From Massalongia carnosa (lineage: Eukaryota), in the NCBI GenBank assembly GCA_965645245.1, contig OZ287075.1:1240001-1304000 (forward strand): a stretch of 64,000 bases of DNA. The letters are read 5' to 3'. This document shows positions 22,304-35,760 of the stretch, piece after piece. Position 1 is the stretch's first letter. Every line of letters starts with the position of its first letter. The position numbers and the translations under genes are program-made. The notes under the pieces were generated by a model. The model worked only from the letters and a program-made list of their open reading frames with translations, made no database searches and had not been told where the DNA came from.

Positions 22304-25300
22304 ACGTAACCCACCACTACTTTAAACACCAGAATATGTAAATACCCTCATCGTCATCATCAATGACAGCGACAATAATGATGAATTAAATAAATCTGAA
22401 TAGCCTCGTCGCTCGAAAACAGTCTGATCATCACCCGAGAGTAATTACATCCCCCACCCCCCTTCCATTACCATCTGAAAAACCTCGTCGTCGAACTTCA
22501 GCTCTCAAGATTTATGTCTTCATAAATCAGGACTTCCCTCCCTCACCACCGGCCTGATAAAATAAGGCGCGTTCAAACTCGACCCGTAAAGACTCGGAGA
22601 TGCTTCCAAAGAACGAGCTTGCGGGGTAGGCGAACCCCATACAAAATTCAACTGTGTTTGGGTGAAATCCCAGGTAAACTCCATCTGACTTTGAGAGGTA
22701 AATGGAGCATTTGTAGGGAAATTACCTCGTCTTCTTTTCGATGGCCCTTGATTTAACATCTTCAACCTCTTTCCCTCCTCCTTCTGCATGGCCTTTGCCA
22801 CTCGTTCACGCTTACGTTCAGCCTTCAGTTCATCCTCTTTCTCTTTCTTCTCAGCCTGAGCGGCCAAGCGTTTGATCCTCTCATCTTTCTTTCTTTCAGC
22901 CTCCTTCTTCTTTTCAGCAGCGTTCACCTTTCTAGTCTCAACGGCCTCCTTTCTCAGACGAGTGACCTCTGCTTTCTCCTCCTCTTCTATACGATATGCC
23001 TCGGCCTGAGCCTCGGTGAGAACACGTCCGAAAGCGCTACCATAAGTAGCCCTTTCCCCTGCCTCTTTTATCTTTTTCTTTCTCTCCTCCTTGGCCAGAT
23101 TCGCTTTGAATAATGACTGAGTAGAGTCTTGAAGAAGTGTTCGATCTGCGAAGGCGATAGCGGTTGCTCTTTTGAGACGCCGAAGCCGGTCTTGATGTGA
23201 TTTGGGTATGAACATTTCCAATGAATTCAACATAGCAGAGTAATCGCGCTTGTTAGAAAGAGTTCTATCGAAAGAATTGTTCGAAAATTAACTGTTGATG
23301 AAGGTGGAGATGGAGATGAAGGTGGAAGTCAAGGGAAATACGATTGAACTCGAAGGGGCCGAAGGAACCGATTGAAGAAATTGAGGTAATTTCTCAATTA
23401 CTCGCTGCAGGTCAAAAGGATAAATACCTGAACTTGTTAGCAAAACATTAAGAAAAGAATGTTACTTTACTCACCAGTTGCAGCCCAAGCTGACATGATT
23501 ACATCGGAAGTCACGACCGTTTCCCTTGCCCTCTTTAGAAACTTCAGGTAATCCAATTTATTCACGTACACCTCTCCGAATTTATTTCGCTCCTCTAGCT
23601 GTTTTTTGTATGCTTTGTCCAGAGGTCCGAAACATCCTACGTCCAAAGGCTGTAGAAAATGAGTAATATGAGGTGGAAGACAAAGCGGAACTATATCCAC
23701 TGACCAGCAGTACTCGATAAAATCAACAGAGACATGAGACGCATGCCCGTTAATTAGAAGAAGTCGTCGGCCTCCCAAATGAATTGTCTGAGGATTGAAA
23801 CACTCTCTCACTCAGGTCAGTCCAGTCAGTCCAGCCATTCTTGCTAACGGCAAAGGTTGCCTCAGGAAATTCCCCCTTCCAGGCTTTTACTATTCGTTTA
23901 TCTTCGAAGATAATCATGGGCTTGAACACGTATCCTCGAGTAGAAACGAACTCTATGCAGGTGCTCCATTTCCTGTCTCCAGAATGAACGAAAAAGGCGT
24001 TTTTGTCGCATCGTCGCACGATGACCTTCTACAAAATAATAATAATTTTAGCGTAAACATCAAGCCTTAAAACGATGAGGCTTAAAACTTTAGATCAAGA
24101 TTAAAATTTTCAACCAATCGATGATCTGAATGTAGCCCCGCTCATGCTTATTAACCGTAAAACATCTCGTCTCAGATATTTTCTAACCGAAAGTGACTTA
24201 GCTAAAAATATGATCACTTACCGAATATTTCCCGCAACTCCCATCAGATGTCCCTTTTCATCCGTGTTATAAACATCACCTGTCGCAATGCCATACTTGT
24301 CTATTGTTCTTCGAACAATCGAGAACCGAACACTTTGCGATCAGTGTTCCAGTGTCGTTCCTGATCCAAGTGACGAGGAAATCGAGAACGATAGTCCGGA
24401 TATCGATCAAGAAAGCGCTTCGTCCAATTAATTCCCAAAGATGCAGGAGATTCAACGCGAAGTCTCAACAACTTCATGGCCTTTTCACGAACCATATCAA
24501 AGCGAGCGGGAAAACCCAAAGCAGTGCTCGAATCAATGTAATTAAGAATGGATTGCTCCTCGCTGTCATTTAAAAGGCGACGAGTCAGACCATACTCCGC
24601 GGCATTTCGACTTCCTTTCATTCGACGGGCCACAGTTCCCCTGTTGACCCCGTAAATAAGAGCGACTTCGTTCGCTGTTTTTATTTTGCTCTTTGCAGCT
24701 ATGACAGCTAAACCTACACGATCTCCTCTGAAAAGCGGCGCAATCACCCGCCTAGCCAAAGGCGATGACATAGGCGAGAAAGATAGGGAAGAACATATCG
24801 AGTTCATGCGAGGTGGAGAGGGCGATGATGCATAAAAAGCCTCCAACTGTTCTTTCACTTCTCCGCGGATTTATTTGCGCACATGGTCCATGGTCATGTC
24901 CGGTACGCGTGCGAGACCTGTCCAATAGCCCTCCCGTTCTAAGACCTGAAAATATGCCAGTTGACGCAGTAGATCAAGCTCCTTGTCGGGATCATTATCC
25001 TTCAAAGCGGCCTTGAGCTCCGTGTTCAATTGTCGATGCACTCGCTCTCTCCACTCCTTAACAGATATACCATCTACAAAAGGTTCTTCGACAAGCTCTT
25101 CGAACTGTCGTCGGATGACGACGGCCTGAAACACCGGATTGATTGAACGTTGCGGGAGGGGGGGGGAAGAATAAAACAATGAATGATGACTGGTATCGAG
25201 AGTCTCGGAGACCTCGACAAGATCAGAGCATGGAACCTGTACGTTCTCCTGATTGGAAGAGATAGAAGGGCGCGCGCCGGATAGGAATTGTTCAATTGAA

Positions 25301-25845
25301 CTAGCCATGTCGAAAGGTCTTTGAAGAGGCAGGAAAAAGATGAAAGACTGTCCAGAAATTCGACAATTATACGACTATTTTACATACAAAAGACAACGAA
25401 GATTGGAAGAAATATCCGATGAAAAAAGAGCTTTTATGTTCATTTGAGCCTCTGATGATTTCTACTGGGCCTCTGATAATTCCAACCCCTTTGATTTTGA
25501 TCTTGTTTGTAGCTAATCGAACTACTTTCATTCAAAATCACACTCGTCATCTCACTATAATTAATACTGTCGATCATGAAGCTATTACGAAGAGATTTTT
25601 CGCCTGGGGAGACTCGGAAGGCATGGGGAAGTCGGATCAAAAAGGGTGGTTGGTTTGGGCTCTGGGCGACCAATTGAAGCAATTCCTTCGGTCCGGGGTT
25701 AGATTAATGGCTGAATAAGTGGCGCCTTTAGTTAGATTCATGAAGTTATTCATATCGACGACGTTGCAGCTGGCGACAGCAAGGTAAATGAAGCAATTCT
25801 GGTGTTTAAAGTAGTGGTGGGTGACGAACTAGTGGTGGGTTACGT
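22304..25845 (-). mobile_element. Fot1-like (pogo) DNA transposon, 3.5 kb, defective transposase (about 22520-25308)
   Basis: TA-flanked TIRs acgtaacccaccactac...tttaaacaccagaat / attctggtgtttaaagtagtggtggg...gtggtgggttacgt. Motifs: HTH (YGVNRGTVARR), GINWTKRFLDRYP, VYNTDEKG, SKNGWTD, LINGHASH, LPPHITHFLQPLDVGCF. Contains stops, frameshifts and two apparent introns. Confidence 0.92.
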
Positions 25846-25898
25846 TAAGCCATATCTGATGAGTTTTGGGCTCAGACTTGTGCTGGTAGTCAGCCTGT

Positions 25899-25948
25899 TA
25901 ACCCGAAGGGGCTTAACGTTCTGTAAGGCTAACCCGAAGGGGCTTAAC
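25899..25948. repeat. Direct repeat taacccgaaggggcttaac x2 within a probable LTR relic ending at 25961
   Basis: Copies at 25899-25917 and 25930-25948. The segment ends ...cacgtctca where MULE coding sequence resumes. Confidence 0.7.
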
Positions 25949-28017
25949 CGGGCACGTCTCAGAACCATCTGATGGAGGTCCACTCCACAATGATGGTTTC
26001 AGCGTTCCCTTGATCAGGCTTATTATCGTCACAAATAATTTTCTTCAAATGTCATCGATCCTTTGCTATTGATGCGCGATCTCGAGGTAGTAGCTCGACC
26101 TCGAGGGCGTTCTACAATCGCGATGCGTTTACAATCAAAAAGAGCTCAACGAGAGGCTGATAACTCTACTCAACGGGAGTTATCAGGGTTCGAACATGTC
26201 GAGGAGGTGTTGAATAAGCCTCCGAGGCGGGGGCGGGGGCGGGGTCGAGGACGGGGGCGAGGGCGAGGGCGAGGGGGAGGACGGGGCAGAGGGAGGAATG
26301 GTGAGCAGTCACAAGGTGAAGAGGTGGTCTTCGGTGAAGTTATTCAATCGATTGAAGTAGATGGAGTGGGTTTGTTTTAGACCTTTTGAATGTAAACACG
26401 AAATGAAGCTCAATTCATTGAAACGATCATCGGGAAAGCATCAAACGACTGGCTAAAACACAACTGAGTTTTATCAAATCGAAAATGTTTTCTTCAGTTG
26501 TTTCTGCAGCCCGAGGGAGATTTATACCGAATCGGGTTAGCTTACTTGGGGGTGTTAACCTAGAGAATGAAAAGTTCCCTTGGATTTTGATGGGGCGGCC
26601 CGAGTAGGTGGCTGGCCTGAATGGGTGGCAATTACGTTATTGCTTAACCGCTTTGGGTTAACAGTTGGAAGAATCTTTCTGGAAAAATTCGAATGCTTCT
26701 TTCCTTTTCCTGAATCAAAGTGAACCGGCAAGCGGCATGTCATTTGGTTCCACGTGGTAAGTGAGATGCTCATCTTTGATTGCCATCTGATTCCATGTGG
26801 ATATGCATAATTGTAGGCTAACTTAACATCTTAGGGAAAACTTCCGACTGGAGAAAATGCTCCACCGCTCCTAAAACTTTGGGGCGTAGCTTGACCCGAC
26901 AGCCTTACTTGGCTATGTCTCTCCAGTTAGCTTCTTGGACCTGAACTTCATGTCCAGCAAGCGTTCGCCATGACGTGTAGGAAAAGCTTGGAGATTACAA
27001 GAGAGTGTGGCGACTCTTCGCAATCTTTTGAAAAATCCACCCGTTGTCCGAACGTTCACGTGCTCAATTCGAGGTTTTAGTTACATGTTTAGGAATAAGG
27101 CTGCTGTTGTTGGCCTTGAAAACTTCCACCCTGTATTCATAACACGTCTGTGCCAAGCATCGAAGTCGATGCGGTGAGAAGGATATCACAAAGGTTCCGC
27201 GATGGTCTTCCACTATTATTGTTGGACTCAACCGATACCGGGTGGGAGCTTGTGACCTTTTCGTTGACTCCGCTATTGCCCATTCCCTATCCCCACAGCA
27301 TCATTTGACCGGAATCTGCTAATAGTGGTAGACGTTTAAGTTCGCTTCATTGTGCAGGTCGTACGAAATAAAAGGTGATTTGGGCTAATGTTACATTACC
27401 CTTTGGGAACGCTGAATGCTCACTGTGCAATGGAATACTAGATCTAGGCGTCCTGGCCACGTTGGCATCGATTTTCAAAGTTTATTTTACGCCTGGATCT
27501 GCCCTGTTTCGTTTCCTGGGATATGCGACTCCAACGGCACTTTTGAAACTGAGTTTTCACGATTTGTTTTTTATTCTAATCACATCGTGGTTATAATTTA
27601 ACCATCATATGATCTGCTTGAGCCACTCCGGCGCTATACGACAATATCGTTTGCCACATGGGATTTCAGAGGCTAGGTACGATTCCGGGCTTCGAGTAAA
27701 CGTTTCAGAACCAACCATGGTAAACATTGCATACCCTGATCCCACGAATTCCACGATACCGGGTATGCCACTTATGACTCTGGAACCAAATCAACTGTCT
27801 GCCTCAGGGCGACAGCGACTGGCGAGGCCAAAAACAAAGCTGGATCTTACGCCACCTTTGGGGCTTCAAGTCAATTCCCTTGCCTTGATGAGCATCACTT
27901 TGGCTTCACAATGTCTTTATAAGATGCCGCGAATATCCATATATTCAATCCTCACCCCTCACAACCTCCAGCTCCATCGCTATCAGCCCGTCCGGGATCA
28001 AAGATCCCGCTTGCCTT

Positions 28018-28059
28018 ACCGTTTCCACCGTTTCCACCGTTTCCACCGTTTCCACCGTC
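28018..28059. repeat. 9-bp minisatellite (accgtttcc)x4+ in the presumed 5' leader of the 28184 gene
   Basis: Seen directly in the sequence. Confidence 0.9.
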
Positions 28060-28183
28060 TCTTTTCTCGTGCTAATATTAAATCTGTTTTCCTAATCTAT
28101 CTCCACCTCGCTATACCCGCTCTTCCGCCAGCTTTGACTGCCTTTCATTTGGCTCTTTTTAAAACCACCAACCTTCATCCATC

Positions 28184-28720
28184 ATGTTCGCAGCAACAGA
28201 TGTGTGGAATTGTTGCAATTGTCAAGCCCCCAACCTCATCGCAAACTCTCTAGAGCGTTGCCCCGTATGTGATCATCGCCGCTGCCCATATTGCACAATC
28301 GGGGCCCCGCCAGCCGACATCGGCTCACCCAGCCCGCTGCTTCCGCCCTCTCGTTACAGCTATGCGACATCCTCAAACCAGTACACCTCCCATCAGGGGC
28401 TTCGCCCACAAAACTCATACACACCCCCCTCTGCCCCACCCCGTCATGCTTCCATCTTTGCCGGCAGGGCCCCTCCACCGCGCGGAAGCCCTCGCAGCAG
28501 CACCAACGCTCCAGCACCTCCGCCCCCCTTATATGCCTCGCGCCTTTCTTATCCGGTTGCAAGCTCTCCGAGCTACGGAACGCCCATGCATAACTCGCCG
28601 TCAATGAAGGGATGGTGGTACTGCTGTGAGGACGGCCATTTCAATAACCCAGTTCTCAGTCCGTTAAAGTGCGGCAACGACGGGCACCTCAAATGCTCCC
28701 AGTGCAAGGTTCTACTATAG
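28184..28720 (+). CDS. Cys-rich protein A (178 aa): two WxCC zinc-ribbon-like modules joined by a Pro/Ser-rich linker
   Basis: WNCCNC-x12-CPVCDHRRCPYC at the N-terminus and WYCCED-x12-CGNDGHLKCSQC at the C-terminus. Good start context (atcATG) after a pyrimidine-rich leader. Confidence 0.85.
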   Translation: MFAATDVWNCCNCQAPNLIANSLERCPVCDHRRCPYCTIGAPPADIGSPSPLLPPSRYSYATSSNQYTSHQGLRPQNSYTPPSAPPRHASIFAGRAPPPRGSPRSSTNAPAPPPPLYASRLSYPVASSPSYGTPMHNSPSMKGWWYCCEDGHFNNPVLSPLKCGNDGHLKCSQCKVLL

Positions 28721-30683
28721 ATAAAGAAACGGAGAGTTAAGAAATGGAGTTTTACGGGAGTTTGCGAAAGTGGGCGGATGGCGGGGTGGGGCGGAGCGGA
28801 GCGGGGTTGGGTTGGATCTTTCAACATTCATTTCTCTTCTTCCTTTCTTATTCCTCTTATTAAGTCTTCTTTTTGTTCTTTCATATTTCTTCGTCTTCTA
28901 ATTTGTCTTTCTCTATCCTTTCATTTTTCAACTCCTCCTGCTTTGCTTTTCTTCCTTACTCTCAGCACTCTTGTCATTCGTTCACGGCAAGGATTAGTAT
29001 TCCACTCAACATAGACTGCGTCATCATTGACCCCCCCAGGCAATCACGTTGGCGTTGGCGATATGTTTCACTTTGTATTATCATCTCTTTTTTGTGTTTT
29101 CACCTGTTTTTTGGGGGTTTATTGGCTACAGGTTTAGACTTAGAACGAGCATTTACGACCAGGGGTTTAGAGCACAGCACAAAAGATAGATTGAATGACA
29201 ATAGATTTCCTAAGCGTATGCATGAGATTTTCTCGGGACTTGCGTAATTTCTTCATGATGTCAATTCCTGTTCTTCTAAATTTTTTTTTGAAAAGATAAC
29301 TAATTAGGTCGTTTCTTCTCTCTCTGATACCGGGTTCTGGACCATTTCATACTCTTGGACCTTGATTTACCGCTTTTTCAATCTACATCATGGTTTTCTT
29401 ATTCCTGGATTACGTACGCTTCCCATCGAGCTTGTCTCTTTCACATCTTTCACATCCCCTCCTTCCGTTCCATCCTCTTCTCGATTTCTTCTTTTTTCCA
29501 TTCATTGGCTGGCTGGCTTCCTTCTTCAACTCAAGTCCTCACCTCGTCCCCCATATCCCCTGTGTAATAAATTCACCGAACCCCGCCCTTTCCCGCCATG
29601 CATACTCTCTATTTACCTGAACGGACTCCCCATAACTTTCTTCCCACCCTACCCTATCTACCCTTCGTAGCTTCGTCTCTATCTCCAGCCTAAGAAATAA
29701 GAAGGCAAGCAAGTGGCGAAATTTTGGGTTGTTGTTGGCATCGATCGATATGGGTCAAACTTGGTCTTAAACCTGGTTTTTACAGCCAAGCGTTTCTGGT
29801 TTCCAGGTATCCACGTTCCGGTTTCTCCTGATGTGGGGAGGGTGGCAGCATGTAAGGCCTACGAAAGAAAGAGGGGGAGGACATATCCCGCTGCTGCTTA
29901 CATGGATATCGGGGCCAAGACGATATCACCATGCGGTTGTCTTGATTTTTGTGAGGGGTTAGAGAAGGGTCAAAGGATAAGAGGGAAGAGAATGAAGGAG
30001 TGAGACGATGAGAAAACCAGATAGGAGGGAACGAAGGGAACGAAAAGCCGCATAGCTTGCATGTTGTATTTGTATGCGCATGTGTATGAGGGATGGGAAG
30101 GAGAGAAGAAAAGGAACTGGAGCCGCCGGGTAGGATTCTGTCCTATCATATCCTCGCTTCTCTTCTAACTGTCCTGTCTGTTAGGGGTTAGGGAAGTTGC
30201 ACTATCTAGCTAGCTAACTAGTTAGTTAGGTAAATAGATAAGTATCTGTCTCTATATCTATCTGGAAAGCAAGCAAGCAGCAAGAAAAAGAAGAACCAAA
30301 ATAGGGGGATGGATGGATGGATGAATGGACAAATAGATAAATGGATGCCTCTTCCTCCTTCCTCATTGTGCAGAAATTCATCGACCCCTTCCAGGTATGG
30401 CCAGTCTCATTTTCCGCGGGAGCCGAGTACCCTTATCCTCCACAACAACCCCCGATACGGGGCCTTCCCACCTAGCCTACAAGCAAGCTCAAGCAAGACC
30501 ATTCCATAAAATTCTCCCACCAGAAATCGTCATTAGGTACGTAGTTAAAAAGCGAACCATCTCCGCCCCACTCCTCCCTGACCCCCCTAAAAATAAACTT
30601 GAATCAGCTAGCCAGCTAGCTAGCCAAATCAATAGAAGAGGTTCTAAGGATCGTACGAAAAGGGAAAAGGGGCTGGGTAAGTA

Positions 30684-33600
30684 CCGTATTATCTGGCAAA
30701 TAAGACTCTAGTCTTATAGGGGGGTGATCAACCCGAGGGTCATTTGGAACGGGGTCTTATAAGCATGGGGGTCTTATAAACAGGTATGATCTTATGAGGG
30801 AGTGGAAAAAACGAAGACGCGCATCAAGTTTGGCCAGCGTTGGAGGTATCCCAGTTACGTATCACTTCATCATTTTATCCACCTTTATCATCTTTTCATT
30901 GCTTTATTTCATGGCTCCCTCGCACGTCCAGAATCCTATGCAGGCTCAAAACCAGCCTCGTCCTGGGCCTAATTCAAAGTCCACCAGTCTTCGCAGCTTG
31001 CATTCAGCCCGACTTCCCAAGAAAGCGTTTATGCAGCCTTCAATTCCTAGCATGCCCGGTTGTTCCAATGATAATGCTTCTATCATTAAACAATATCGTC
31101 TGCATCGAGAGGTGGGCGATCATCCTACACTTCGCGATATTTCTGACGACGAATATGATGCTCCTCGACATCGAGTATCCTACACCAGAGAGCAGAAAAT
31201 AGCTGCTATTAGCTATGCTCAAACTACCTGGAAGTCTCAGAAAGATGGAAGTATGAAGCTTATCAGTAAATATGCTGCAGCCAACAATCTTGGAATTACT
31301 ACCACGATGCTTAGAAAGTGGATTGAAAGTAGTTCGAGTATCGCCGCTCAACCTAAAGGTAAACGAAAAGACAGCAAAGCTATGGGTATATGTAAAGAGC
31401 CTGAGCTTAAAAGGCGACTTTTGGAGTTATTCATGGAAGCCCGTAACACTGGACGTAAAATCAATAAACGTTGGTTTATTCGTCAGGGTCGTCAGGTGTA
31501 TGGTCAATTATATCCTCATCGAGTGACTAAGGCATCCGGAAGAATGACTGAGTATGCCGAGTTCAAATTCTCTAATGGTTGGTTTCGTGGATTCAGACGA
31601 AGATGTGGTATAGCTGTCAGAAATCCTACCAAAAAAGCTCAGCAGGTGAATAATCAAATGTTTATTTTTTTGAACTAGAAGATTTCCCGAGGAAATGCCG
31701 CGCCCGGCGAAATGCCGCACTTTACAATTCGGCATTAGAATATTGTTTTCGTCGTTAATCAACTACAACGATTAATGGAATGTGTATTAAAAATAGTATA
31801 AATAGAAAGTATATACACGATATCCGACCCTAAAAACCTTACATAGCAAAACGCCCTGGGCGCTGGACCCTTCTTCCAGTCGAGGTAGTTAAAACCACCT
31901 CCTCTACCTCTTTAGCGATAATAACACGAGTAGGCGGCTTTACCTTCTTCTTTCGAGTCTTTTGAACTTTATTTGACCCTGTATACTGCTTCTGCTGCCC
32001 GAGCTGTCCCTTAGGATATCTGTTTGCTGCTTTACGTAACTCCTTCTGAGCCTGCTTCTCAGAGGCCTTTGCTACCTTTGCTTCTGCAGTCAATCGCCGC
32101 TTCTCTAGAGCGATTGCTACCTTTTCTAGCTTCTCCTCTTCTTTCTGTAACCTTTTAGCAGTAGCTTGTCGTCGCTTCTCGCTAATATCTAGCTGGCGTT
32201 GTGCTTCTTCTTCCTCTTTTGCTGCTTGAAATTCCCTGGCAGCCTGTACTCGCCTAGGACTAAAGAATTGAGGGCCTGAGTCCTCTTCCCCAACTAAATT
32301 AAGCCGTTTACCTCTCTTCCTCCTCTTCTTTTCGTCCTGAAGGGTATTGCAGAGCCCTTTGATCACGTGTTTGTTGATAGAGTCCTGGGCAGCAAGGCGT
32401 TCGTTAGCCCGGAAGATCTTTGCTAGTAATAACTTCGTAGGCGCAATATCGTACGCTCGCTGCGTACGGCGAATAGCACGGCTTGTCATTGGTATTTTTG
32501 GCGACTGAGAAGGAGCCTCGATTATCTGTGGTATGATAACATTTAGTATAAGGCTCGGATTGTAAGGCCAAATACCTGTTTTTTCGAAGGCAGAAGTAAG
32601 TTTTTCCCCCGAAAATGCCTGCTGCCATGCAGGGAAGAAAACGCTCCAAAAGTCTCTTTTTGACATGTTTATCATGCCTAGACTATCGAACATTAGTCTA
32701 TTCAGCCCATTGGTATAGAGCGTTGCTAACGGCGCGAATAGAGAAACGTCCAGAGACTGTAAACGATGCGTAGAGTGCGAAGGTAGAATCAGGAGAAGAA
32801 TACGTAAGTTATCGCATTTATCGATAAACTTAAGATTCACGTGGCTAGAATGACCGTCTACTATCAGTAAACGTCTTCTATTTCTAGCCTTTTGCTTCGT
32901 ATAACGCTGAAAAACCTGCTCTAGCCAATTCAGGCCAAGGATATCACAACTCCATCCTTTCGCCGATACTGCAAAGAACGCCTCGTCATTAGGATTTACA
33001 TCCTAAACCCATGTATCCTGGAGTATGCCAGAGTCGCCTTTATAGATCAAGGCAGGAGGTAAAGCGGTTCCGTCGGCCCCGATACAAGCAAGGAGGTTGA
33101 TAAACTCCCTATTCCCGTCCTGGCTTGCATGTGTGATCCGCCCTGATTCGAGGGCCTCTAGCGACATGATACGTTGCGTGGCGCTTGCTTGGCCAATCAC
33201 AAAGCCCTTTTCGTCCCAGTTGTAAAGGTTTTCCCCTGTGATATTGTATTTTTCGACACCGGCGATTAGCTAATAGAAACATTAGTTATTTTCGATCATA
33301 ATTAATATTCAACAAATAGGAATGGGTAGTTAACACGCTACCAAATCGTAGAATTGCTTAAATAAAGACGGATACTCAGATTTTATACGCTGGCTATCCA
33401 TATTTCGAAGATAAAGACTTTTAAGCCTATCCTTGTATCGGCGGACAAAATCCCCTGTCCAGTTCTTCCCTACAGGCCCTCCTATCACCTCCTCCGCTAG
33501 GTTTTGTACAATTCTGGCGGTTGGGGGCAGTCCACGATCGACAAGGCGATTGATTTGCTGAATTAAGGCCTATTCCTGGGCCAAGGTAAGTCGTTGCTTG

Positions 33601-35184
33601 TATTTTGACGCGGCTGCCTTTTCGGACACCGTTTGGCCTTTCCAGCGCCTCCGGAGGGTACTTTCGACTAGGCTAAACCTTTTAGCTGTACCCCTGAGGT
33701 TAGGCTGATCTTGCTGATTCAGATCAGCAATTGCGAGCTCGATACGAGCGTTGAGGGTGGATTTATTCATGTTTGCAAGTAATGGTTGGAAAGTGAGAAG
33801 ATGCGGCATTTCGTCGGGTGCGGCATTTCCTCGGGAAATCTTCTAACGGCATTCGGTTCATATCAGATTCCCGAGAACTTTCGCGATATTATCCAGTTGT
33901 GGTTACAATTTAATCGTCGCAATTCTCAACCGCTTTTGGGTCAAATTCCTTTGCATGGAGGAGGAAGATTTCGTCTTTGCGATATCGGCAATATGGATCA
34001 GACTCCTATTGCTTACGAGTTCCTGCAGGGTCAATGCTACGATTTTAAAGGTGCCAAAACTGTATGGATTAAAACCCATCGGTCTGGAGGGGACAAAAGA
34101 CAAGTCACTTTGATGATTTATGTTTCTGCTGACGGCATTAATCTATGCAAACCTCTTCTCATAGTTATAGGCCAAGATAGCACAAAATGCAGTCGAATCA
34201 AGACGCAGTACGACTCGGGAGTAGTAGTTCAATGGGATCCAAAAGCCTACGGCAATGGAAAAGTCATGTGTCGATGGCTAAAATAGCAGTATAAATACGC
34301 TACTCTAGGACTTCATAACGCTAATACACGGCGTTTTCTATCATTAGATGTGTTTGCGGGACAAAAAACCGAAGAGGTAAATAACTGAGCATTTTGTTTT
34401 CAAGCTGCACATGTTTGCTAACAAATTTTAGGTTAAACAAGCCTTTAAAGATTTAAACGTCACAGCATCATTTATTCCTTCCGGCTGCACCGGGTTTATT
34501 CAAGTTCTAGACGTCGCCATTAATAAACCTTTGGAGAATCGAATATCGGAGCTAGCCGACATTCATTACGATGAGCACTTCGAGAAATGGAATAAAGGCT
34601 CATACACGGTGGGTGATCGACGAATTATGCTAACAAAATGGGTGGGACAAGCGTGGAGGGAAATGCACTTGGAGCATTCTTCTTTGATTTGTCAAACCTT
34701 TCGAAAGTTGGGATTGTCTCTTGCTGTAGAAGGGTCGGAGGATGATGAGTTGTCAGTTAAAGACATACCAGGCATAACGGTAGGCGATTGGAAGCTTTCT
34801 ACCGGTCAGGAGGATATACAAGAGGTAGAGGAGCCTGATACAACTGATAATAGCGAGGAGGTGCAGAAGGATGACGAAACTGAAGGCGTCATTGAGGTTA
34901 GGGAGTATGTTTTGAGTGATGAATCTGGGGCCGTTTTTAAATAGCGATACTGAGATGGATGTTGATGACGATTGATTTGCAGGGGATTTTTACTGATACT
35001 TAGAGAATTTTTACTACTGTTTTGCACAAAATTGCCCTGTTGATGATTTTTCATTTCAAAATCTCGAAATTATGGTCTTATACTGCAGGACCCCCCCTAT
35101 TTTCGGAAATAAGCAATTTGAACGGGGTCTTATATCCGGGAGGGTCTTACCCAAAAGCAGGGTCTTATTTGCCAGATAATACGG
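30684..35184 (+). mobile_element. pogo-family DNA transposon (outer), transposase about 30911-34944 with two introns and one premature stop
   Basis: TA-flanked TIRs ccgtattatctggcaaataagac / gtcttatttgccagataatacgg. Motifs FKFSNGWFRGFRRR, IGNMDQTP, DKRQVTL, LSLDVFAGQKT and IPSGCTGFIQVLDVAINKP. Introns 31646-33866 (contains the nested element) and 34377-34431. TAG at 34284-34286. Confidence 0.93.
31678..33843 (-). mobile_element. Fot1-like DNA transposon (inner, 2166 bp), transposase with two premature stops
   Basis: TA-flanked TIRs gaagatttcccgaggaaatgccgc / gcggcatttcctcgggaaatcttc. Motifs ESTLRRRWKG, YNWDEKGF, DGNREFI, VDGHSSH and LPSHSTHRLQSLD. Intron 33270-33341. Stops at 33570-33572 and 33003-33005. 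Confidence 0.95.
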
Positions 35185-35760
35185 TATTGCTTAAATTTGT
35201 CGCGGAGGGAAGAATGGATGGATGGAGGGATAAGAAGCAAGGGAATCGAGAGAAGGAAAAGGAAAAGGAAAAGGAAAAGCAGAAGCCCCCTTTTGTCCCA
35301 CCCGGCCCCGCCCATTCGACTCGTCTCTACCCTTTACCATCTCCCCTCCCTCCCTCCATTCTCTCGCCCAGCACCTTCCCTTCCTACCTATGCCCTAATA
35401 TCGCCTGACCAGCAAACCGGGCAAACAGAACCTTGCTGGAAACCCTGACGCGCAAACCGGCGATCTAGATACATACATGCATACTAAAGTAAAGTGAAGC
35501 AAACATGTAAACCGATTGATGTTTACCCACTCCTCCTTTTTACTGGGGGGGATAGATGGATTGGTAGGGGGGGGAGAGGGAGAGGTAGGTAGATAGGAAT
35601 GGATAAGGGGGGGGCGGGGGAAGGTGGAGAGGTGGGTGGTGTAAGATAAAGAAGAAATGAATGACGGTAACCATGTAGGTAAATAGATGAAGAGAAGAAA
35701 ACGGTTAATTGAGAGAATCCTCAAACTCCAAAAGATCAGCATGGCCAAATGATCTACTAC

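Larger units (their letters stand above)
17366..26579 (+). mobile_element. Degenerate Mutator-like (MULE) transposon hosting multiple nested insertions
   Basis: Inverted termini gggaact...tctctaggttacccccaagtaagctaacc / ggttagcttacttggggg...aacctagagaatga...agttccc. Transposase pieces join across the insertions: 17500-17665, 18480-18579 (KRKFVKALVHKVLHFDN...RSHAVLK), 19200-19510 (HRLRFSIDNLK...HITSFALLK...LSCGH) and 25962-26380 (STQRELSGFEHVE, RG tract). No matching TSD found. Confidence 0.75.

Noticed and set aside
1..26579. Starship-type giant element
   Set aside because: No tyrosine-recombinase captain or matching boundaries were recognised; the inverted repeats are explained as MULE termini.
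27609..28253. 214-aa ORF with FHR repeats
   Set aside because: It runs through the promoter and leader of Cys-rich gene A, the repeat comes from a 9-bp minisatellite, and it has no protein-like motif.
30181..30193. Telomere-like ttaggggttaggg
   Set aside because: Two imperfect units only, compatible with chance.
33786..33866. ORF start MESEKMRHF in the track
   Set aside because: It reads through the inner element's TIR and an intron; the real exon starts at 33867.
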